From Balanoglossus misakiensis (lineage: Eukaryota; Animalia; Hemichordata), in NCBI GenBank assembly GCA_040954595.2, contig CM082587.2, forward strand, positions 7,119,705-7,183,704: 64,000 nt of DNA, written 5' to 3'. Each line of letters opens with the position of its first letter. Within the stretch, counting starts at the first letter, position 1. The notes beneath the pieces were generated by a model, which was not told the DNA's origin, did no database searches, and saw nothing but the letters and a program-made list of their open reading frames with translations. Shown here piece after piece: positions 11,540 to 24,829 of this stretch. A program made the position numbers and the translations under genes.

Positions 11540-14500
11540 ATGAGTACCTCGATGGATTCAAAAAGCCACCAAGGTAAGGTTTTCTCAGTTTCTTTCTCGA
11601 TTGATTTATACACGGTCGGTGCAGCCTCAATCGACGCCTCCCGACCTCTGGACAGCTGAGCCCAGCCCTGACTTGAAAACACACGCACCCTCTATTGTAT
11701 TTGTAACACTGTATTGTGGTTGTGCATGGTACATGTGGTAAGAGGTTATTAGTATTCAGTTCCACAAAATTCCAGCGTAGTCAGGGCGTGTCAGTCGCAG
11801 CTTTAATAGCGATCCAAGGGACGCCGGGGTACCAACCACCAAATGGTTACTAGTAAAAGAAATCGTAAATTTTCATTCACAATATCCTGAAAGTTTGACG
11901 CGATGATTCTTTCCGCTTTCTGGCTCTGAAAAAAAAGTGCGCAGTGCAGAGTGGTTCTACTGGCTAGTACCCCCCCCCCCCCCCCCACCTGCTCTAAATC
12001 TATATGTACTGTACTATCGTATGGTACGTTACGCGTACTGCATCAATTGTTGAGAAATGAACTTTTTACTGCGATTCCTAAAATAAATGACATTCGCATT
12101 TTCTCTAGGTGGAAAAGCTTGGGGACAGCTGAAGAAGAAACAGGCTGACAACATTGATGCTGAAAATCAGGTACGACTGATCATGACAGGACAGAAAACT
12201 GACAGAAATAAATTGGGAAATGCATTTATTCGCCATTGCATCTCTTTTAGCTCCAGGCCGCGCCTCGCCGACGTCATTTATCATTCAGTGTTCCCCTTTT
12301 TATGTGACGTCTTCACTTTGTTAGGATAATTCCCCAGTGACAATTGCATTTGCACAAGACTTCTTTCTTTCCAGTGTGTTAGGGAGCCGTCGCAAATTAA
12401 CTCTGATCAGACAAATCGAATTAAATCGTGCACTTTTGCAGTTCAGGAATAGGGAAACGCGCATTGCTGTCTTTGAAAGGTGTGTCTGACTCAGAATCTC
12501 AGAAGTATTAGCATTCGTAATTAGGGAAACAAGGTTTTGTTGCCACACACTGAAAACAGTACATAGCAGGGACGCTTTGGAAATTAACCTTTGGATCAAA
12601 AGTTATGCAATGTGTACAAAACCAGCCTGACAACTTACGCCAATTGTTCAATCAGATGTGTTGGTGATTTGAGCTGACATAACCCTTAAAATGTTTGTGG
12701 TTTAATTTAACACATCATTATTCCCAGCATAGCAGTAACATGGTAATGCCCTGTCTATAAGCCCTAAATACCTACATTTGTATGATACGACTTGGCCATG
12801 CAAATGAAATATTTTGTTAGTGGTGCTACAATGAATTTTAATTTTTAATTGACATTTATTTGAACAGGTTTGGTGTTTTTTTTCAGTAATCTTGTCTCTA
12901 TGGCAACCGTGTATTCCCTAATTTAATTAACCAAAATTGAATGGTCGCTCATAGCCTTGAAATAATCTGTTTACTTCTGTTACATATTGACACAATGTGT
13001 AGTAGTACATGTATATCTTATCTGTGCATATTGATTCCACAATTTGTATAATCAACTTGGTAGCCAAGGGACTCCCATAATACTACATGTATTAAACTAA
13101 CTGTAAATGTGTTGGTTACTGTCAGCCATTGTGTGCATGACAAGAGAGAAAGTCTTACGTCTGTTGACAAAGTTTGAAGATCTATATAAGTTTCAAGGTC
13201 ATAGCCTTCCTAAAAACTTGAAGGGCATGGACATGTTTGACTATGCAGGGACAGTCAGTGTGCGATCTGATTCACTCAATTTGACACCATGATTTATAGC
13301 GCGTGACAACGGAACAGGTTTAAAGAATTCGACGCGAGGATATTTTGTCTAGCCAGATATGGAAATCTTCGCTTATCAATGGCTGTTTCTCTCAGCTACA
13401 GCTGATATACTGATTTAAACTATTTTATTTGACATTGGAGTTGCATTTGATCAGTGCGAGACAGCCTTGCTGTTGAGGAAATAGGCAAATATAATTAAAT
13501 GTGTAATAAAAATAGAAGGACGAAAAAATGAGTAACGCTATGTTTACTCAGTGTGGCCAAAGAACTGGTATTATGTTCAGAGTTCATGACCCCTGCACAT
13601 TTAGCATGACAGTTGATGACAGGCCTGCATAGTGAAGTAGTGGGAAAAACCCTTGAAAAAACCCCACTTCCCTTCCTTGTTTCGACCCTTATTAACTTCA
13701 CAAACAACTGTGGGTGTGGACTACATTTTGTGAAGCGAAGTCTAAATAGCACATCACTGTGGACTGTATTGTTTGAGCAACAATGACCAAACTTTTTGTG
13801 CTGATAAACTGCGGCTAAGCTGTAACTATGGAGGGCGACCCACAAACCTGGGAGGTTGGCTTTAGAGATACCAAAGTGCAGCATTGGTGCTGACCTCTTG
13901 ACCTCTCATGTTTTGGTAGTGTGAGAAATCACAGTGTCTGTGCAAAGACTGATCATATTTCAAAACTGCAGGCCTGTATCATATCAGTGATCACGGCGAT
14001 CGCTCTCCAAAACAGTTGGCTGCTTATATCTTTATCTCGTCAGACTCACAATGGCATGTGGAGCCTCTTACTTTCCCCAATGTGAGGTCTACATTCTAGA
14101 CTAAGGGGAGAACCATTTGATTTCGTCGGGGGGGGGGGATTTGAATATGTAAGCAAAAATTATTTATTCAGCCATTTCAGCCACTGTTGCAGCAAATTAT
14201 TATTTCGATTGCCCCATCTTTTTCCAGCACAGCAGAAGAATTTTATTTCCTCCACGCCATTTACCAACAAATCCCCCAAGAGAAAACCTCAATCCACCAA
14301 ACCCCCCCCCCCTGCCCCGAAATCAAATGGTTCTCCCCTGATATCCTCATCAGATCCTATGAATTTCACTTCCTTGTTGGTGGTTTCTACACAATTTTGA
14401 TTTCCTCCTGAAGGGGTAGCATAAGAGGCTTGATGTAAGCTCCATGATAGGAGAAGCCCATTTAAGTTAGTCCTTGGGAAGGGGTTTTAGTTTCTCGATG

Positions 14501-16633
14501 GAACACAATATAAATTGCCTTTTACATATATAAGAATATTCAAAATCAGTTAGACTCAGTGCCCCTTTAAACAATGACTGCTTTGTCCCTTTAAAGTTAC
14601 ATTGATATTTTATCTCTTCTTTAGGATATACTCAGGGAAGACTTGTACCAGGAAGTTGAAGACCTGGAAGATAAACTTGAAGAATTTAAAGGTATTATAT
14701 AATTAGGATAATTTGTATTTTAAACTATTTAAGCACAAATATCTACCTCTAGGGTAGCTTTTTTAACAGACAGACTAGATGTCGGGGTACAGTATTTCAT
14801 GAGTTGCTTAAAAATGTTATATGAAATATTTTCATGTCATCTGGACGTGAGGGATTATGTCATGTGTCAAAAAAAACAGTACCAGCTGTGCATGGTCACT
14901 CAGGGTCATTGACCCTCTCTTCCAATTTAAATTTGCTACCGTATTTATATATTTTGTCATCCTCACTCGCAAAAAAAAACCTGCACATGATTATTGTGTC
15001 ATGCAAGTTTTGATAACCTTGTGCTAGCTCAAGAAGTCAAAGGTTATCAGTGGTAATGTAATACACTTCCTTTCCTGTGTATTTCGTGAAAGTAATAATT
15101 CCATGTATTTCACAGAACTTTGAATTAAATTCTTTTTTGTTTGTCTTTGTCTTGCAGTTAAATTCATGGAATACGATGCCGATGATTCAGGAGATCTGGG
15201 TAACTTAAAAATCATTCTTTTCTTTTAAACAAAGTCGCAAATAATTCGTACTGTGAAAAGTTTGCTCCAAAAAATCTCCAGTAGTTTTATTACAAAAAAA
15301 AATGTCTATGAAAAAAGGGAGAAATGTCTAAAGCTTACGTTTGCTGTTGAAGAAAAGACTTTTTTTCTGTCATCTATTCTGTTCTTGCATAGCAGATGTT
15401 CTCAACAGGTCATAAACAATATTTACGAGAGTGACAACCTAATCTCTTCTGACATCATGTATCTCTTAATAGTCTCTTAATCAACGTTTTATACATGCTG
15501 TTCCATCTTGTAATATTACTTTGATCGTCCCACGTGTGCAGTTATTTAGGTTAATAGCTCTGTGCTCCATCACTGAAAGACATCGACCTTGTGAACCTTT
15601 GTAACAGCGCATGCAAATGAATAGGTCGATTCATTGGATTTTTTCACCAAGGTCATAGCTAGGTCGTGTGTCTTTGTATTCGAATTACAGTACTTTTATG
15701 AATGATGAAAGTATTTCGCACCAAATAGGAGTCACAATATGTGTGGTTGCCACCTAACCCTAACCCTATACAGTCACCTCCAATTTAATACGCCCATATA
15801 TGGCTAAAATGGCGTATTTGAGCGTTCTAAAGAACATATGGTGGCGCTCTTTTTTTTCGCGTGTGCCACCCACTAAAAATCTGTGATTGGCTAGATCTCA
15901 ATTTGCCATAGTAACTATAGCTAATTTTCCATAGGTGACCGTATACCTTTAACTGGGCATACCAGTATTTCTTGTTTATTTGTCCCTTTTATTAAACAAA
16001 TCATTAACTTGTTTCCAGGTTTGATGGATCTGAAATTGATGATGGAGAAGCTTGGACAAGCCAAAACACATTTGGAACTGAAAAAGATGTTGGCAGAAGT
16101 CGATACGAATAATTCGGGCACCATCACCTACAGAGAGTTTGTTGCGATGATGCTTGGCAAGAAAAATTCAATTTTGAGAATGTAAGTATCTACGTTTGAC
16201 TGGTTTTTAGATATTCAATTTTCAAAAAGGGTATGCTACATGGAGAAATATTTTCATGGGTGTACTGAATACAACTACTGCTAGGAGTCGAAAATTAACC
16301 CTCTCACCCCAGTTCCTTCTTAAAAGGTCCAACCTCACCATGGGTTTGGACTGAACCATGGTGGTGAAAGGGTTAATGTGCCAACATGACCACTGGAGGG
16401 CGCTATTCAAAACTTCTGAAATGTCCTAGACAGACAGTCTCGTCTACCATCTGTGAAAGGAATAAAGTGTACATGTACATCTGAAAGTAGACCTCACAAC
16501 CATTGTACCTTTTGCTAAAACCTTCGTATTTGGTATTTTTTGCAGAATTTTGATGTTTGAAGAGAGAGCCAAGGCCAATGGTGAGAAGCCAAAGGGACCA
16601 CCTCCAAAAAAGACCTTCGATGATCTGCCATGA
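11540..16633 (+). CDS. AIF1: Allograft inflammatory factor 1 / Iba1-like EF-hand protein, 6 exons: 11540-11573, 12109-12170, 14625-14691, 15158-15199, 16019-16181, 16546-16633
   Basis: The spliced translation [23 protein letters not shown]...[102 protein letters not shown] is colinear with AIF1/AIF1L. Introns are GT-AG and phase-consistent. Confidence 0.95.
14105..14338. mobile_element. MITE, probably Harbinger-like, in AIF1 intron 2
   Basis: Perfect TIR GGGGAGAACCATTTGATTTCG / CGAAATCAAATGGTTCTCCCC, flanked by TAA and TGA. Confidence 0.75.
15767..15948 (-). mobile_element. Kolobok-like MITE family A, copy 1 (one end truncated)
   Basis: Reverse-complement copy of the elements at 49302 and 61112. 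The right end is GGTGACCGTATACCT followed by TTAA. Confidence 0.75.
16299..16372. mobile_element. Short piggyBac-like MITE (related copies at ~4293, ~40767 and 61085-61359)
   Basis: TTAA|CCCTCTCACC...GGTGAAAGGG|TTAA. The internal GTCCAAC...CCAT...TTGGAC segment recurs in the other copies. Confidence 0.7.
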
Positions 16634-17744
16634 TTTGACCTTTGTTTTCTGTACATAAGATATCCAAACTTTTCTGTAGTAGTTACACGAGTAAGTATGT
16701 AGACTTAGAATACATTTTAGTTTTAAAGAATGTAGTACTGAACTTGAAACATTGTCATGGTAATACTTTATACAATGTGGAGAAGGTAATTTTGGAAAAT
16801 ACAGATTTTGATTTCGAGAAATTTTTTTTGAAAACACTCACCACTTTGTGAAACTTAATGAAAGAACGTGCTATTATAATTTTAACAATTACATTTTATC
16901 AGAAAATTTTACACAGATTATTTTTGTCGGATTTTCATTATACACTGCTGGGCAGTTCACTTGACGTTTTGTGAGCATTTCAAAACTCATGTTTCACTAC
17001 AAGATGTTACTTCCTATAATGCTGACCTTTGACCATGAGTTACCTTTGACCCCAGTACCTTGTCGAAGGAAAGAGGTAAAAGTATGTCCAGGAGGTACAT
17101 GTTGCATGTATGTATAATTTTTGAACTGCAAACTTCCATGTTCTGCCCAAGAATTCATTTAACTTGTAATCATGGTATTTTATGCAGATAAACTTTTGAT
17201 ATGTTCAGTATTCTTCAATGAAATATTTTATATTCCTGCAGGAGTCTTTCAGAAAATACATGTTGTAATTTTCAAAGTGGGGGATCCACTGCCACAAGTT
17301 TGTATAAAATCATAGCAATAAATCATTTTTCTTTTTAATACTATATGAAGTACCAGATGTCTGGATTGTCAATTCTTGAGTAGATCTCCTTCACCACCAT
17401 AGTCAGTCTTCTTTTTTTATTTTTTATTTACGTAGCTGCCGATCTGTTCAATAGAACAAACGGAGTGAGTAATCACAAATGGTCTCAACTTTCAAGTTCA
17501 TTAAAGTTATTTAAATCTTTTTTTTTGTACTGATGCAAGTTGCTGCAGGGCCCAAAACAGCATAAAAGCTTGTTAATGCTTATAAAAATATTCACAATGT
17601 TTGTGCATTGCATCCCATTTCTCACCCGCACATCAGAGAATATACTTACATTCTTTCCCTATTTTTCTGTGAATTTTATGCTGTCACATTTGTTGATGCG
17701 GAATGCACACAAAATTTGAATTGCTCTCAAATCGGTTACCATGG

Positions 17745-20700
17745 TTATGAGAGAATTATCCTGAACCTGGCTTTAAAATGTTCATCCCCTTTCGCGTACG
17801 GATACCAGAATATATAATTTGTACTCCAGACATTATTGACAAAGTTGAACGCCATTCCGACCGGTTGTGATGACAACGGCTTCAGGGGAACGGTGTAAGG
17901 GGATGCGGGTAGGTCTTTGGTTACTATGCCAACAACAGGAACATCTGGAGATGTAATCTGGATGCCGTGGAGACCGGGCTTGAAATATTGTACTCCCTCT
18001 GTTATTCCTGAACACAGAAAGATAAAATATAAATTGTTTTGGGGGATGTAGAATATAGCTGTATTGGTCGTTTTTGTGTGTGAAGAGTCAATGTGAAGCT
18101 GGAGTGGAACATCTCAAAAAGAAAGAAAGAATGAATGAATGAATGAATTGAACAAAGGAATGAATGGATAGATGAATGAATGAGTGGGTGGGTGAGTGAT
18201 TGATTGAATAAGTGAGCAATCGATTGATGAGTGAGTGAGAGGGTGAACGAATGAATGAATGAATGAATGAATTTGATTCAAGAGGCTTTTTGTGCAGTAA
18301 GACAAACCACATGTAACCACTTTCTTACCATGTAACATTTGACTTCCATTCAACACAACATTCATAGGATCAACGGCACGCCCCATTTTGTCTAGTTGCC
18401 ATTGGTAACCAGGCATGACCGCTGGGAAGAAGTTATACATGAGGGACTCTGGTAGTCTGGTGGAGGTTTTATTGAAGTACTGCACTGTGAGGTCCACACC
18501 TGTCGGGAATTGATATGAAAATAATGATGGATTATTTCAATGCTGGATGTTTGTACCTAACCAAAGTGAAATACTTGATTTCATCAACAGATCTATTCAG
18601 TGTAAATTTTTCCACAACCATGAGAAATAAAATGAAGAGAAAAGCATCAAAATGTAAAGGACACTGGTACAAAATCACAGCAATCACAAATAAGATAACC
18701 ATAAAATGACTCACCATATTTTTCGTTTTTCATATTGACTTCGGTTTGAACCCACAGATTTTGAGGAGCACCATATCTCTTCCAACTTTGACTCTCAGTA
18801 AAAACCAACTTGGTCAAAAAGTCGCAGGAACCATCTAAACAATATCACGTATTGCAGAAAAAACAGTCAATGGGCATGCCCTTATGAAAAAATATTCTAT
18901 AGAATTCTACAGCATTTTGTAGATTTTTACATTTCTTTAGAATTCAATAGAAAGGGGTTGAAAATTACACAGTAATCTATAGACATAAAAAGAAATTCTA
19001 TAAACTTTACTAAATATTCCACACATGTCCATAGAATATTTTGAAAGGGCAAAATTCTTTTCGATACTCACCTTGTTTCTGCCATATTTCGACAGCTTTG
19101 GGTATCCACTGGTTCTGTTCTGGTTTTGCAAATGTGGTCATTCCTTTTTTCCTAAATCCAGCCCCAAAAAACACATAATTATACTGGTCGCTGAAGTTGT
19201 CAATATCTGTGTCATTGTACGTGTTATACATCATCAGACCCAGTCCACATGTGCCGGATGAAGAAGATGACCAATCGATCTAGAAAACAATGCAAGAAAA
19301 AAATTATTATTTATTCTCAGGTCAGAAAAACAGATTAAAATATTATGCTCCAATTGGCAAAATTTGCATCTGTGTAAAAAAAAAAATTAAGATGATGAAA
19401 TTAATGTCGGGATTAATTCCAACAACATGGCCTGTTTGACTTATTTAATCCACAAGTTGCTGCCCTTTCATAAGCCCTATGTGATCTTGCATCCTATTAT
19501 TTTCCAATTATAGATTATTAAAAACATCAACTATTAATACCATGGTGTTGTGGTCGACAAGTTTTGTAATTTGTCCATTGCTACCAATCTGTATAGTAAT
19601 ACCTCCATTACATGTCATTACTGGTGTTGGTATGCTTAGTGTCTTGTAGCCTGGAATATCAAACAACACAAAATGTTTTTTTAGAATTGTTCAAAATTTG
19701 ATCAAACACGTAGTTGGCTCTCAGTACACATTGGTACAATGGCACACAAACAAAACATGCTCACAAACAAAACACAACAAAACAGGCTCACAAACAAAAC
19801 AAAACAATGCTCCAATGACAGATATGTATAATTGTAAACCTTACATCAGAATGACACTTCATGAAACTTTACCTGTGGTGTCTGGGACACTTGGCAGAAG
19901 TTCTTTGAAATTCTTCTCAACTGATTCCGCCAATGGATGTCCCTGTAAGGCATCTTTGGCCAAGTACACAAACTCTCTCTGCTCTTTCCAAGATAATTCG
20001 GCTTGCTGAAATGTTTCTTCTATGGGGAGAAAACAAGTGAAAAGTAAAGGACCAAGTTAATGCGTGTGTCCATTTGCTTTTATATAATTCTCAGAACCTC
20101 AAATGCATTTTTTTAGTGAAACAGAAAAAAAAATCATAAAAAGAGCTTTCCATTGTATATGTCTTTGGTGTAAAACTCTTGTTTGCCCTTGGAAGTAATT
20201 TGCGATAAAAAATGTGTTGTCATGATCCTCCCAAGCTACATGTACCATCAAGATGCATATATAATACCAATACATGTTAGAGAACTACCGGTAAAATATT
20301 TCAATTGTCCACCACAGAGGGCACTCTTCTCTCCCAGCCAGGCAAGAGGATGAACCCACCCTTCCTATGTTTGTGAAAGTCTTCATTACTCCAATGTACG
20401 GGATCATTGACTCCATTCAGACCATAGGTGTGCTCAGCTACTTTGGCCAGGTATCTGCTGCAGTTGGATAACCTGGGATCCGACATATCACACTGGCCTA
20501 GCAAAAATCAAACGAAAAACAACATTAAAAACAAAATTAATAATCAGTAACTCCGATTACAATAACTGAAGTACATTTAAATTTCTGCTCTGGACTTATC
20601 CAACTGACCTGTCTTGATACACTGACTCCTAGCCCGACTAAACGCTCGATACTGGGCCATTTTCTTGGGATCTGACATAATTCCTTGTATCCAGGTATCA

Positions 20701-23700
20701 CCAATCTCGTTCTCTAACACTGGCAGTTTGTCTTTGAATGGAAGCAAAGCCGAGACGTAATCTTCAAATGTCGAACCACGAACTGTGGCCCCGGGGAACT
20801 CAGCATCCAAAATTCGGTAGTAACGTTGCACTTCCTGTGTGGACAACATAGGAATCATAAGTTGCTATGGAAACCTTTATTTGTGTATTCAGTGATGGAT
20901 TTTCTATCATGACTCCAAACATCTTTGTTTAGTGTGTAGATAGGACATGATACATATATCTACTGGATGCAGTTCATTTGACTTAAACCCCGATACAAAG
21001 CAGTTTTTTAAAGTTACCTCTCTGATTAAAAAGTAATATAAAGTTTACAAAGATTTCTAAGTGGTTTTTGATCCTTTTTTCTATTGAATTCTATAGCAGC
21101 ATCAAAATTCATAGAATGCTACTGAACATTTTTTGTGAGGGATATTTGTGTGAAAAAAATGTTTGATTTATTTATTAACATACAATAAGGCCACAGGCCC
21201 ATAGAGCAAATAATTTACAAAAAATGGCAGTAGTGTTGTTAGCGTCTCACCGCTGCATCAAATGGTGGTCCACTGTTGTCTGTGCGGAACGCAAAACACA
21301 GAGCATGATCCAATCCCTCGACTAACACACAGTCATTCCGGGAGAGTCCGCCAGGAAACATCGGATCAACTCCAGGATCATTGGGATAGCCTCCTGTGTG
21401 ACAATACAGAATTGTACAACAACAAAGAAATGAGAAACTCACATACCGGTACAGTAAAACCAGTTTGAAGGGACGAAGTCTCTCTCCAGCTGCCCCTTTT
21501 CCATTAATTATGTTTGATACAAGACACTGGTTATGTTAATGTAAATGTGGATATATAGTGAATCAATGATCAACCACACAAAACTTCCATCCCACTTGTA
21601 TGATATGAGAGTAAAAACTCGCCCAAAATGAATAAATGGTAAAGAACGATTATTCATTTTTTTTTTCACTCTCCTGTCTATAAGAGGGATGGAAGTTGTG
21701 TGTGGTTGAACGTTCATTCACTATATATCCACATGTAGAATAACAAACGGTGTCTTGTATCAAATATAATTAATGGAAAAAAGGACAGCGAGAGAGAGAC
21801 TTTGTCCCTTTAAACCGAACCCTACCTAATCTGGAAACCTGCCATACCGAACACCTTTTCCAGTCTCTTCTGCATAAAGCCACATGTTTAAAAAACTCTA
21901 TAAACCGGACACCTCTACAAACCGAACAGTTTTTTCAGTCATATCTGTTTTTGGTTAAAACAGGTTTTTATTGTATATGGTTTGTACGGGGATGTTTTGC
22001 TGAGACACGGGCATAGAGGACTGCGGTTCTGTAGCAGTTTTCAATTATACCACTTGTTGTGGCACAAGAAGGATTACAATCCCAATGACCAAATTCCAGG
22101 ATCTGTTGCAACTCACCCGGATGCCACATTCCAAGTACGGAGTCATTTCCGTACTTCCACACAAACGGATTGGGTACGGCAGGTGGACTGCTCATGTAAT
22201 TCACACCAACCGAGACAGCGTCTATGCCATGTCTTACCAGAGTCGGAATCGCAGCCTGTGTTATGCCTGTCAATACAAGACAAGACAAAGCGAAGTCTGG
22301 AGGTGTTCACTTGGATGGGTCCAAAATCTCAATCAGGAGTTCATGTCCATGTGGAGTGTTCAATTTACTGCACCATAGTACACAGATATAGACTACATGC
22401 ATGTGTGAAAAGTGGCCAAAGAAATTTCTATACACAAGAAGATGTGGGTGGATATCACGTTGGAATAATTTTCGGCATTCTCAAGTCAATGTGTAAACTG
22501 ATGAAAAAAGGTTTATGATGGGCCCCTGCAAATTTACTGCACAATAGGACGGAATATCTGCTTTAGAAACTCACCTGGTACATCTCTTTGGCTGAATGCT
22601 CTGTGTTTTCGCTGAATTCCAAATCTCTTGTCCAAATCTTCACTGATGGTCAGAGAGTAGTCAAAGAGAGACTCATCAATGTTATCTGTCTGTATATTCA
22701 TCGGTCCAGCGTGCCATGTTATGTCACCTCTTCTCACAGCTTTCTCAAACTCATCAAGCTCTGCTGCTGATGGACACTGTGTGGAGCAATTTGTGGCAAC
22801 TGTGTCTCAGTTGTTACCGTTGAACAAATATTTAAAGGGACGAAGTCTCTCTCTCTCTCGTTGCCCTTTTTCCATTAATTTATGTTTGATACCAGACACC
22901 ATTTATGTTATTCTACATGTGGATATATAGTGAATCAATGTTCAACCACACACACGTTCCATCCTGTTTGTAGGATATGAGAGTAAAAATCTCGCCAAAA
23001 TGAATAATCAGTCTTTACCATTTATTCATTTTGGCGAGATTTTACTCTTATATCCTACAAACGGGATGGAAGTTGTGTGTGGTCAAACGTTGATTCACGA
23101 TATATCCACATGTAGAAAAACATAAATGGTGTATTGTATCAAACATAATTAATGGAAAAAGAGAGAGACTTTGTCCCTTTAATGTATGAATATGCTATTC
23201 TGTTCAAATCTGTTCAACTGAGATCGTGCTCTAAAATATGTAGTCTTGCCTTCTTACAAAGAATATTAACCCTTTCCCTAACAAAAAAAACATTCCTTAG
23301 ACATCTACAGAATTCTATAACACATCTGGATTCTGTAGAATTTCTATGGATGTCTATAGATTTCTATGCAGTTTTTTTTAACCTTTTTAACAACTGAATT
23401 ATAATTTTTAGATAAACCTGTAAACAGGGTACTTATTCTTCACTTACTTTAAGTTCAATACCAGCAAGTAGTAGATGTTTTGGACAGTCGACATATAGAC
23501 TAACCAACCAGGGATGTGTTGTGTACACCAGGGATTCTCGGCCACCAAGATTACGCAAAGCATTCGCAACATTGATAGCACGTGGATAATACACAGTGAA
23601 GTATCTATTCAGTACATTATTTACGAACCCTTTCTGATCCAGAAGCCCATTATAGCCAACATCTGGAAATGAATGAAAAATAAGTGCTCTCCTCAAGAAT

Positions 23701-24829
23701 TTCTGATAGAGATTGGTTAATTTGCATTATAATGCATTTATTTGTCATGTTAATGAATTTCTATTGTTTTGCCAAAATTAGTGACCCCTATGCTTAATGC
23801 TAGGCATACAGGTTTTCCTATTTAATTTGATAAATATCACACTGGTGACCCGATAGCATAAAAATAAAAAAAATAAAAATTTATTTCATATTTCTTGCAG
23901 CTTCAATTTGTTAAATGAAAATATATAAGATGTATTTAAAACCAAAAGAAAGTCTTATTGTTCTTATTGAAATGACCAGTGACATTTACCAAGGTGGTTC
24001 ATATACACAATATGAACATGGTTGATATCTTGAACTTTGACCCAAGTTGATCCATCTTCCCAGGCTACATAGCTGCAGTTAATCAGCTTGCCATACATAA
24101 CATTTTCATGAAGTAAAGCCTGAAATTATGAAATGAGCGATTATTGATAAGAAGCTGTTCCTGTGGAGCAAATGTCGAAAACAGGGTGACCCCCCCCTCC
24201 CTCTTACTCACAAATTCATGGACCGACACCCCCCCCCCCCCCGGCTGGCGAAACTGATCAGTCCCTCATAGAAATACAGTCTTGCAGACATATATTAAGA
24301 CTTTTCTCTTTGTTTGTGATGAAGATCTATGAAACTTGGTTATCTGACCACACTAACGTAAATTATTTACGTGACAGTTTGGACTATGGACATCTGGACT
24401 TGATAAGTTTGTTGACATCTTCATGATCTTGTTCTTGGGTTAATCGACTTAATCGTACTAAAAACGGGAAAATGTCGATATTTACAAGTCTCCCACACTT
24501 ACTCTGATTTTGTGGCCCGCATATAATGTAACTGTTAATTCTCGTTCTTCAATTATTTCACCGCTATAGTTGTAAAACACAGTAGATCCTCTCAGAAAGA
24601 CTGCTTCATGCAAGTTTGTGCTCCGTCCATTTTTGTCGTCTGCCTCCTGGAGGATAACGCGTTGATAGCCCGACGTTTTCTTACCCGGAGAGTTTTCATA
24701 TCGCCAAGTACCTGAAAGATTATTGTTGCAGATTTTTGACCCCGTGACCAACTTTCTTCTATCTTCGGACCACAACACACAGAGGAAGAACAACATTAAC
24801 GACAGGGACGATTTGAAGAACACCGCCAT
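17745..24829 (-). CDS. Secreted DUF5054-family / glycoside hydrolase 38 N-terminal-like protein, 14 exons
   Basis: Signal peptide MAVFFKSSLSLMLFFLCVLWS. Spliced motifs include VHIVYMNHLDVGY, YTTHPWLV, GDITWHAGPMN, SQRDVPG, FRTDNSGPP, EIGDTWIQG, AEHTYG, SWKEQR, KTSTRLPES and a C-terminal FNFVNNVWSTNYIFWYP. The junctions checked were GT-AG and in frame. Stop at 17745-17747. Confidence 0.85.
18120..18272. repeat. Degenerate (TGAA)n microsatellite in the last DUF5054 intron
   Basis: Direct reading; explains the FIHS-repeat ORFs. Confidence 0.85.
21469..21809. mobile_element. Near-fully palindromic Kolobok-like MITE family B, copy 1
   Basis: AGGGACGAAGTCTCTCT...AGAGAGACTTTGTCCCT|TTAA, with inverted arms of ~165 bp. 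Confidence 0.8.
22836..23178. mobile_element. Palindromic Kolobok-like MITE family B, copy 2
   Basis: TTAA|AGGGACGAAGTC...GACTTTGTCCCT|TTAA. Homologous to 21469-21809, with the central loop in the opposite orientation. Confidence 0.8.

Noticed and set aside
13495-13884. 129-aa antisense ORF in AIF1 intron 2
   Set aside because: No domain, coding-like composition or splice support.
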